A stretch of DNA of 64,000 bases from Tricharina praecox (Eukaryota), in assembly GCF_024521635.1 (NCBI RefSeq), contig NW_026250403.1, positions 2,046,001 through 2,110,000 on the forward strand, written 5' to 3'. A model generated the notes under the pieces. That model searched no databases and was not told where the DNA came from. It worked only from the letters and a program-made list of their open reading frames with translations. The position numbers and the translations under genes are program-made. Below, piece by piece: positions 51,087 to 64,000 of the stretch (positions are counted from its first letter, which is position 1; each line of letters starts with the position of its first letter).

Positions 51087-53028
51087 TTATAGCTTCGCCT
51101 CGACATCGCCGAGAAGATCAGTAACACCATGGTTCTCGACGATGGCGACCTTCGTCTTCTTCAGCGACGCGGCCTTGGGGAACGGCGCCTCAAAGATCTC
51201 GTTCAGCTCCTCGAGGGTGCGGTCCTTGGTCTCGACGAAGAAGAAGTAGATAAAGGCGGCCTGGAACGTGTCCCACGCGATGTACAGGAAGTAGAACTTC
51301 CACTTGACGTTGCCGAGGCCGACGGGCGTCGCGTACTGGTTGAAGAACGACGCGATGTTGACCCAGAAGTTGTACACGGCCATGCCCTTGGCGCGCGTCT
51401 CAAAGTCGAGACATTCGACGGGGTATAGAGCCTGGAAGGGCGTGAAGGCGACCGAGAAAGTGAAGCCGAAGAGGTAGATCATCGCGATGGTCTAGGAAAT
51501 ATCTGTCAGCTACCGGTAGAGGACATCATTGAGGCGGGAGAACTGCTTACCGCGTTGGATCCAGCCTTGTTTCCGCTGCCCGAGTAGGTGGCCGAGAGCG
51601 CAGCGACGATCGAGAACCACATGACGAACAAGCAGGAAGCAGTGAACAACATCTTTCTGCGTCCAACCTTGTCGACCAGGGTGGAACCGATGACTGCACC
51701 GACGAACGACAGAACGGCAATGACACCGTTAAGCATGAGCTGAGTGTCGACGTTGGTGATTCCGGCCTGCTCCAACATGACGGGCAAGAAGTACGAGATA
51801 GCGGCGTTACCGGACCATTCTGTGATGGTTCGTCAGCTTTTGGAATGCGGGAGAGTAGTCGTGGGAGTACAAACGTCCGAAGAAAGACATTGCGACGACC
51901 ATGGTCAAGCGCCATCTGGCGGCACGGGTCTTGACGAGGTCACTGTAGTCCCACCAGCGCTTATCGGAACCCTCTTTGGAGATCAACTGCTGCATTTCGC
52001 CGTACGACAACCTAACGATGGCGTTGTTGGGGTCGTCGTCTCCGTGGTATTTGATGAGAATCTATGATCTTATGAGCATGAATGTTTCCGGAAAAACATA
52101 AGACTGGTGCGCGCATACAGCAAGGGCCTCCTCGTGGCGGTCATTGGCCATCAACCATCTGGGCGATTCGGGAAGGAAGAACACGCTCATGGCGATGACG
52201 CCCGAGAAACTCATCTGAATCCAGAGAGGGATGCGCCATGCGCGGTTGTCGTCGAAGTGCATGTTAGTTCCGTAGGTGATCCAACTTGCGGGAATAGCTG
52301 CAGGACAGTCGCATGAGCACACCCGCCCCCACTGGCACATGATAGATATATCCGGGAGGAGAACTTACATCCGATGAACCAGAAAGAGTTGTACATGCCG
52401 GTAAGGAAACCACGGTAGACGGGATGCGCGATCTCGGCGATGTAACTAGGACCAGCGGTGGCAGACATGGCGACGCCAAAACCCAACACGAAACGTCCTC
52501 CTTTAAACTGAGCCATGTTGTTTGCCGGTGCCTGAATACAAGTTCCAATGATGATAATTGCCGCTCCAATGAACATTCCCCATCGTCGTCCCCAGGTATC
52601 CTGTAATTTTTTGCCCGGTTAGCAACCCGCGAAGCAAAAACCAGTCGGCGGTTTTATATGGGACTCGGCAAGGTTCAACTTACAGTCAAAGGACCAGCCA
52701 CGAACGAACCGACGATATTTCCAACAGTGTAGATAGCGAAAACGAAACCGGTGGATTCTCCGGTGGTGATCATGCCGAATTGTCTCTGGTAGGGCTTCAT
52801 GGCATTGATGGCGCCCATGAGCGAGCCGTCGTAACCGTTGATGCACGAGTTCATGGTGGCTACGAAACAGAAGCAGTACAACTGCAGCATACGCTTCGAG
52901 AAGGGCCTCACGTTCGACTTGGACACGGCGTCCGCGAACGCGACGTTCTCGACCACGACCACATTCTGGTTGCTGACTTGCTTGGTCAGGCCGTCAGGCA
53001 CTTCCTTCTCGTTCCCTAGATCGGCCAT
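51087..53028 (-). CDS. MFS sugar porter of the lactose permease/cellodextrin transporter (LAC12/CDT-like) group
   Basis: CINGYDGSLM, GRFVLGFG, EIAHPVYRG, WRIPLWIQ, PESPRWL, DKRWWDY, FFG|QWSGN, DKVGRRK and ETKDRTLEEL. Five introns inferred. Confidence 0.95.
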
Positions 53029-56000
53029 TGCTGAGATCGACTCTTTTTTCCTCCTGAATTGGCGGACTCCAGAAGAATCGCTGGTGGGGGGGTGGTTTCG
53101 GGGGTGGACTAGCCGGGGGTGAGGGATGCAAGAAGAGCTCTCGAGGGGATATAGAACCTGAGGAAGCAAGAGAAAGGGTCCTGAAGCTGGGGACGGGGGG
53201 TGAGGTGACTATATACTCGTCTACTCGAGCAATCGGAGGGTATGGAGACCGATCAACCCACACTCTTCCCTCCCGGGGTAGGCCACCTGCGGGGTGGAAT
53301 AGAATAGGATCAATCTGGATGCTCCGGGGACGGGCGAGAGTCGCCTGCGTGTCGAAACCACCTGCCTACTTACCGACTTACTTACTCACTCCCTATATTC
53401 GCCCGCCTGTTCAGACGACCTATTAGGAGGCAACGCGCTATGCCGGTAGGCACGAATGGGCCATGGATCCCAGCGGATGGAACCAATTTACATTCTCGGC
53501 TGCTTCGAATAGCCGAGCTTTTTTTTCTCGTTCTCTTCCTGTTGAGGTGGGGAGATCATCCATCCCCCATGGGAAATGCGGGCAGGAGTTGCTGTGGGAT
53601 AGCGTGAGTGACCAGTGACCACCTCCCAGGAGTGTTCTAGAGTTTCCCCGGCAAGATTGTAGTCTGTATGTGCATATCATACCAGCAGTTTCCCTCCGGA
53701 CTCTAACGAACTAACTACTCTCACATGGATAGCTCAATATGCGGGGCAGGAAGAACATGGGGTGGGTGTAGTTACCGGTGAGCGGGGGGCCACGATCGGG
53801 AAGGGCTCTCGGATTATCCGCAACCCCAGCAAGTAGGCCGCGACAAAACAATGGGCCACAAAACAGCGCCAACACTCTGTGTCTCCTAAGCAACCTCCCC
53901 CACCCCCTCCCCCCATTGATCATCGCTGATATAGTAGAGTACCTACTATTCAGTTGGGGGCCTCGATGCCCGACAGGATTGACTGCATCATGCACCACTG
54001 GTCAATCACCTGCAGAAGAAGAAGCGGAAGCCGATCTGCGTGGAGCTGGAGCTGGAGAACTCGAGTTCGTGACGGGCTGTATGTACCATAGGCTACAGCT
54101 TTCTGGCCTGGTCTGCACATGTCCATCTACCGTACGGTAGAGTACCGGTGGGATGTCGGGCAATCTTGGGTTGACGATTGCCTATCAGACTCGGGCTCCC
54201 CGGCGCCCTCTCCCTCGCATCAACGATCAAACCACCTGGAATAGCATCCTTTACTTCCAGCCCCGTAGAATCGGGGGGAGAGGAACCCTCATCCCTACTT
54301 GGGTACCTACTCCAGGACGTCCACGAAATTCAGGACGTTTCGCGTATGTACATAAGTAGAGTAGGTATTCCCAGCACTCGAGCTAGTTGACTAGGCTTCT
54401 TCCATGCAAGTTCGGTACACACGGCAGCAAAGTGGAGGAGAAGAAGGAGAAGCGGCGAATCCGGAGACAGTAGCTCGCGCCCGTAACCGACCCCCTCAAC
54501 TTCGCGTCTGGAACTCAGTTTTTTCGACACTGCTGATTACGCCCTCATCTGGGGTAAACGCAGAGGGCAATCACCGATTCACCGTGGTATGTAACTAACT
54601 GGGTAGCCACCTACCTATCTAACTCAGCGCGTCGCAGTTGCGCGAATGCTATCGTATAGTATCTATAGGATAATAGGGCCATCACCACGTCTCTTGATGT
54701 CTGGTGTTGATTGCTGTAGATATCGATCGCACGCCACATTATTATTTCGTCTTGCTTGACTGACTGACCGACTTGACTGTTAATTCCCCTGCAGGGTCTA
54801 GCCCAGCGCCGAACCAATTGTCCGCGTGCTTCTTCTGCTTGTGCTGACGTTGGCGCCGTGTGTCTGTCTGTGCCTGAACTGACAGGCGTGGTGCATGAGA
54901 AGGGAGGGAGTGGAACGGCTTTTCGGGAGTGGCGCCCGCAAACAGAGTTCGGAAGGAAACTACGGTCCGCTTCTCCGCGTGAAAGGCGTGCGCCCAACGG
55001 CGCCTACGTTGGGGGCCGCAACCACCACCACCTCGAGAGTCCTTGGCCCACCCACCACCTACCGAAGAGTGCGGAACCCGGTGGGTGACATGTGGATGTG
55101 GGAACACGAACGGAGTTACGCACCAGGGGCTTTTGCGTACGTAACTAGCTTCGGAAAGCCCATTAGGTATCGAGGAGTCCTCGACGCCTACGCTTGTTGC
55201 GGTAGACGAAGCCTTTCTTATGTAGAGTATGATATGCCCACACCGTGATTGCTAACCATCTCCGCCACCAGTCGGGCTGCCTGAGCGAGCGAATACCCAA
55301 CGGACTTTGCGCGCCGCAAGAAAAAAAATTACACTCGACAAGGCTCGCCCTGTGAGCCCGAGTTGAAACGCGTAGAGTGGTGCACCCTCTCCACCCACTC
55401 TATTATTCCCAGCACATACAAGGACTCGGGGAGATCACCAGGCAAACTATAGTATGGTTATGTATTAGTTACTTACCTAGCCGGATCAATTCGAACGGTG
55501 GCCCCCATTTTACATACCAGGCCGATGTGGGGACTGGGGACTAGTTTGGAAGCATTTGGGAGTTTGGGAGCGTTTGGAGCAAAGTTTGGGAATATGTAGA
55601 GCGGGGATCGCTGTGTGGCGAATCTCACTCTACTATATCCTACCGGTACGAAAACTACTAGATATGATATGTGGTCAACGCCGGTCCTCTACCGTAGCTA
55701 TCGCGCCGGCATGCCGACCCAAAGCCCACTGTTTCCCCTCAGCCAAAGTGCAGTGGACATCAACCCAAAGTATTGAGCTCCAACTATTAAACTGTGTATT
55801 TGGCTATTTTTGTTATCTTTAAACGTATTACCTACTACCATTATTACCATTATCACAATTATTACCACCACCACCGTCGGCTCCCGGAACCTCAATCTGC
55901 ACTGTGCAGTGCGACTTACCGCTCGGAGCTGTAGGGAGCAGCACCCGCCTTCAGAAATCCGAAATCCTCCTGTCCAGCGGAAAAAAACACACCATGTATG

Positions 56001-58754
56001 CAGAGAAAAGAAGCTTCAATTTTCCCTCCGGCCGTTGTTTGGTTCGCTTGCAAGTTGCAACCATCGAGCCGTGGAACGCAGTGCGACCCGACCCTGCCCT
56101 TCAGAGCTTCACCGGACGCTATGTACCAACCGCGCATTCCAGCTCGAAGTTCGAACGCCACCAGCAACCAGCGGCCAGCCACGGTGACAGGAGCAGTGGG
56201 AAGCAGTAGGGTCCCGTGCACGTCTGCGGGGCCCACCATATGCGGCGTCAGCTAGTTAGGTACATACGGTGCACCGGTTGGCCGTCCCTGCGGTTCCGGT
56301 ATGTACGTAGGTGCTTAGGTGCTTAGGTACTTCACGTGCGATGGCAGTTTCAAGGCGCGGTGACACTCGATGACACTCGACTCGGATGGGACGAATGGTA
56401 CGAGCGCCATAACTACAGACGTCGCTAAATTCTAACTACGGCCAGGAGCAATCCGTGACGAACGACGCACCCGCAGGGCCGCAGCCGCCCCAGAGAGTGA
56501 GAGTGAGAGTGACAGTGACAGTGAGCATCCCCACGATCGGCCCCGGCACTGGTGGAAACCCCGATCGTCCCCCAATCCCCCCCCCCCCCCTCCTCCTCCC
56601 CGCGCCCCCCGCGCGCGCGGCCATCCGTGACCGTGACGTAAAGCGCACTTTCCGCGCGCCCTATGTACGCACGCACGCACACTCTCTGTACTCTGTAGTA
56701 GTCGTGGTAAAAGTAGTCGTGGTAAATGGAAGCACCAGGTCGAGGGCAATCTAGCGCCTGGATACAAGGTCCGCTGTTTCCAGATTTCCAGGAATCTCGG
56801 TCCGACCCGACCAGGGACAGAGCTGCAGAGGTGCAGAGGTGCGGTGCTGCAGAGTGGTAGAGAGGGGCTAGATAGCTGACGGAGTTTGGCGCTCCCGGGT
56901 TTGAGAGTTATATAGTCGGCTTGGGCCGGGGATCGGGCGTTGATGCTCTACTCTGCTCTGTCTCGCTGTCTCACTGACGGTGGGCCGTGGGAATACACTC
57001 AGGAGTGAGTAAGTTGTTTGCCAGTATGATCGTGGAGGCTGTCATCTAGCTCGGAGATTGTCGCCATACCGTATCTGACGACCAGCTCTGGCCCATCAGT
57101 TTCTCTCTCCCACCCTTCCCCACCCTCAATCGCCCCCCCCCCCCCCCCCCCCTCTCCCATCCCCAGAGCCCCACCCCCCCTATCGCGTTCGTTTCAATCC
57201 CCAACCCCAAACCTAACTCCAACCTCAAACCCCACTCTAATAAGTGTCAGTGTCAAGTGAGGCTTGCATAATTATAAACAGGCATCCCTTCCAGCATCCT
57301 TTCCAGCACCCAACACCCAGAACGCTGTACCCAGTACCCAGTACCCAGTACCCAACAACCAGCCAGCCAGTATACTGCATTCATGATTCATATGTACATA
57401 CATACATACCTCCGAGTACCTACATACATACATACAAACATACATAGGGCTGCATGCACAGCCCTCTGCCAATGCAAACAAGCCTTTTACCCCACAGTGA
57501 GGTGCATAATTATGCGTCTATGCGTCTATGTAGGTATACGATTACGATGCGTCGATACGGTATGGCATGGCATGGCATGGCATGGCATGGCATACCGAGG
57601 CGAGGCGAAGCTATGTATGTACATAAGCTGTCACATAAGCCCCGCACTGGTGCGCCGATGCCGTTGTAGGATCGGTTATCGACGAGTAGGTGGCCTTAAA
57701 TATTCTAGTGCCGCCGCCGTGGCCGTAGGTTGGGGCCGCAGGCTGGGTCTTATTCGAATGGGAGGGGGAGACGGAGTATTAGTAGTGGCTGATGCCTACT
57801 TAAATACCGGTACTCCACACCAGTAGGCGGCAGGCGGTAGACCAGACCTGAGACATGACCGGTCACCGATAGGTATCGTGCGGTATCAAGTTGTACCGGG
57901 GGGTTCGCACTTGCTACAGCTTACACTCACTACACTCACTGTGGCCGCAAAGTGCTTGGCGAATGTTACCGGACCTGCAGGAGGGAGGCTTCCGACAGTG
58001 ATGAAGGTTGTTTTTTTGTTTGATCATCTTTACCATCGAACTTCGACCTGAGGTATGTACATATAGTACATAGATCATGGCAGTTACATAATTACTTGCT
58101 TCTTGTTGTCTTCTGGCAAGTAAGTGCTCGCATTGCCCTCCGCCCGGCCCTCCGATACCGAAATGTCCATAAAACAGCACCCCCCGCCGCCTCACTAGTA
58201 AACCGTGGTGATATTCCATGAAGAAGCAACCAACGTATTTATGCATGACTCCCCAAGCCCAATATCGTGGATTCATCCTTCTGCTCCACTACTCTTGCTT
58301 TCTTATGTATCATCTTCGGCTGCATCTGCCGTTTGAATTCATGCTACCCCCCCCCCCCCTAGTTGTCACAGACCATCACTAGGTTCTGCAATCCTGATGA
58401 TTTGGGACTCTGGAGAATGGCAGTATAGCCCAGTACCGGACGGTGCCGCCCTTTACTGTGATTAACCTTATTCCCCAGTACCGGTGCATTCCCACGACGA
58501 CATCCGATCCACGCCATCCTCACCACCTCCACACCTTGTTACTCACTACCAAGAAAGCCCTTGCGGCTTCACATAACTGCACTATTTCTCATCCCTGCGG
58601 GATAGCGAGCGAGGTTCACGAGACGGAAGAGGTATTACGGCTCTTCCAAACACATGTGACACGTCGGTTTCTTTGAACTTGAATTCCCGATTCTCAATAG
58701 GTAGCGAGAATGAAGAAGATGATGAAAAAGAAAACCCCCGTCGGACCCACTCGG

Positions 58755-60072
58755 TCAACCCCTCCATGGCTGCCAACATTGATGCCCACTACTAACCACA
58801 TTCGTTTTCTCTCGCTGAAAGCTCCTCCTATCGCTCCGGCACAACAGCCAAACTAACTGATACACGAACTACAACATCCAACAGTACCCCCAAAAATACC
58901 CCCTCCGCTCGGACTTTCAAACATGGGGTCCCATAGTGCGATGTCGCCATGCCCAACCGCGGTGTGCTCGGAGAACTGGAAACGAAAGTCAACCTTAGTC
59001 CTACTATAGCCTGGCTGGATTCACTCACACAAACAAGGATCCGTTTCTCTTGGATCGTCAATCTCACCGTCGGACAGCAGCGAATGCTTCCCATGCCATC
59101 GAAGAGTCGAAGACGCTACCCGGGCCATCGAAGGCGGCGAGTGACGACATGGTTTCCCGTATACGACCATCCGTCGACAACCGCCATCAAGCGGCCTCAG
59201 CGAGGTCGGGAAGATGATGCGACAAGCGGATCATCCTCTTTCTATTGCTTCTCGTCCACTTTCGAGCGAGTCATGACGCACTCGACAATCTTGAGGACCG
59301 CGAAAAAGAGTTCCAGACTAACAATGGCGTTTCGGATGTGGATTTGCGCAGGGCAGCGGGCAGTGGTCCATCGGACGCAGTGAATTTCCGTGAAATCGTT
59401 GCAATGTTGTCGGAAGATAGAGGGGGATGCATAGTGAAGGGGGTAGGAGCCGGAGGGGCCCACAGTCGACTTATGCGTGTAGGGTTGTCTTCAGGGGTGG
59501 GTAGAGCGAATCACAGGTCTCGAGAAGAGATCAATTATTAAAGTAGGAAACGAGTCGAAGGACCCGATATAAGAAGAGGCACACTTAGAGAAATCAAAGG
59601 AGGACTACAGTAGTCTCGAGAAAGTAACAAGCAGAGAGAGCAGATGAACAAGCGGCAGACGCCTGAAGAATAGTGATGATGGATGATGGATGATGAAAGA
59701 CATTCGTGGTTGTTGAGAGAGACAGACAGACCCGCCGGTATAAATATAACAGATCGGCGAACTTTGGCCGACGCCGCATCGTCGTACAACCGTCAAGAAG
59801 AACACAAGCGACCAAAACAAACCAGAATCGACAGCAAAACAGAAACACGTCCCCCCCGGCAGCCCTAGGTACGACAGCCGGTCCCAACATCTTGACAACA
59901 AATCCTCCCATGTCCGCAGCCAAGAGTCAAAAAATGGTGCTAAGACGTCAGTTCCAGCTGTACTGTGTCCCACACTACTCGACCCCGCCGTGGCCGCCAA
60001 CGTTGAACTTCGGCCCACTACTAACCACATGCGGTTTCTCCCGCCGACAGCTCCTCGTCTCGCTCCGCTACA
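58755..60072 (+). pseudogene. Two diverged homologous segments of about 90 bp (58755-58843 and 59979-60072), possibly duplicated gene remnants
   Basis: Shared GCCCACTACTAACCACAT core with alignable flanks. Translations are STPPWLPTL..PTTNHIRFL and STPPWPPTL/PTTNHMRFL, the latter frameshifted. Confidence 0.5.
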
Positions 60073-61808
60073 GCTTCCTTCGAAGTTCCATCTCTGCAGC
60101 CTGCAGGCGTGGTTGCGGCTATTGCCCACAGCAGATCTGATTGTATGAAGACATGTAGTTGAATTCTACCGTTCTACTTTCCTTCCTTTCCGTCGTTCTT
60201 ACTTACATTACAGCCAAGGCGAACCACACTCACACTGTCGATACCAGTACGCGGCACGCTGTGTTTCATGATTTGCCTGCCCACTGGGCGATCTAGTTAC
60301 TTCGAGTGCCTACTGTCGTACCTATCCGCTGTGAAGGATGATGCCTTGCCACAAACGCAGGTATGCGGGCCAGAACGCCAATCCAATCGAGTGATTCCCA
60401 TCCGATCCTATCGCACTTACTTTCTGTTGGGCGAGTGACGTCCGGCGTAGGTACATCACTCGGCGAATATAATTCAGTTTCCAGAAATATTCAGCTCTTG
60501 GGGTTTCCAAGCCACCCACCCGTGCCGGGGGTGGTGATGGTTTTTGGTTTTGTTTCTGTGGTTGGCGGCGTCGATGGTCACTGGATATCACTCGGGGATA
60601 TCACTCGGAGTAGTATCACGTGACACGCGTTGCGCTGCTGGCTTTTTATTTTGTTTTTTCTGTTTAATCGTCTTGCCATCCAAACTTGGGTAGAAAGACC
60701 ATGGCAGATTACATATCCGTTTCTACCCCGCTGTCTGTCACAGACCGCTGGCCGCGAGCTCGATACCGGTTCCTTTACTCTCCGCCCAGCCCTCCCTGCG
60801 AGTCAACCCTCCCCTTCCTGCTAAACCCTCCCCGCTCCTTGCGCTCCCGGCGGTGGAGGCGAGAACACCTACGATGGGGCGGCGGGGCCCGGGCTATGCG
60901 GTGGCCTGGTCTGGTACACACAACCGGTGCATCCGGATGGGTAAGTTGGCATCAGGCGCCACACCGGACGGAACCATGAGGCGTATGTACAATACGTTGG
61001 CTAAGGCGCGGCGATTGCGAGCCTGCGAGGTCCTTCACTGAGCCTGCGAGGTCCCTTACCGAGCCCACTCTCGACGACTCCACTTACAATTCTTAGCAGT
61101 CGACTACAGCCAGTCCCGTCCGACCCTACTGGTGGACTACGATACATAGTCCGTCCAGCACGCACCTCCGGACGGACTGAATGTACGCTATGTAGACCAG
61201 TCCCGTCCATGAGTCCAGAAGGACTGCGCTGGATGTATGTAGAACACCGCTGCAGCATATCCACTTCAGTCAAGAATACCCAATTAGGTCAATAGGTTCT
61301 ATTCCATGTGCCCGCAGGCGAAAGTACACAAATCATCTATAAAACGCCGCGTCCCCATCATCACCACCACCCACCATCCACCGGCCATCCATCACAGCAC
61401 GATCCCCACAGATCACCATTAGAAAAACAAAAAAACAAAATACAAAGAGAAAATAAAGAAAGGAAGTGGCATGTAACTTTTGTGTCATTCCGTTATTTCC
61501 CTTCATGGCAGCCCTACGTGTAGAAGCAAAGCAAAAAAAAGAAACGAAACAGAATCTCCCCCGTATGAACACAAATGGAGACACACAACCTTCTCTCTCA
61601 CCGCCTCCTACACACTCCCGATCCCAACGAAGCAGCCTTGCCTGATTTTCCCCAGAATAAAAGGAAATGGAAAGGAACCAATGAAATGACGCAAAAAGAA
61701 AAATGGAAAGGACACAACGAAATGAAAACCCCACCCAAGACCTAAGTAAGAAACAAGATTAAACGCCAAAAGACGCCCCACTCATATCACATCATTTTGG
61801 TAACCTTT

Positions 61809-64000
<2,192 letters not shown>

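Overview
Eukaryotic genomic DNA from a filamentous ascomycete, judged from short GT-AG introns with CTAAC/CTGAC branch points and fungal protein families; a Pezizomycete is a guess. Gene density is low, with long microsatellite- and poly(C/G)-rich intergenic tracts. Recognisable genes, all by manual motif reading with no database search: a secreted GPI-specific phospholipase D (GPLD1-like), a hydantoinase/oxoprolinase-DUF917 fusion, a Gln/Tyr-repeat orphan convergent with a 4-exon orphan, a membrane alpha/beta-hydrolase-like protein, a BED-finger-like coiled-coil protein, a CBM1-GH10 xylanase, a secreted CBM52-like protein with a Tyr-repeat tail next to an intronless cytochrome P450, a small copia-gag-like ORF, a PEBP-cupredoxin-GPI fusion, a GH6 cellulase, a lactose/cellodextrin MFS transporter, and PAB1 (5' end outside the window). 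The best novelty candidates are the PEBP + type-1-copper surface protein, the P450/Tyr-repeat wall-protein pair, the fungal GPI-PLD, the BED-finger protein and a set of related short tandem arrays. No rRNA, tRNA, CRISPR array or intact transposon was found.
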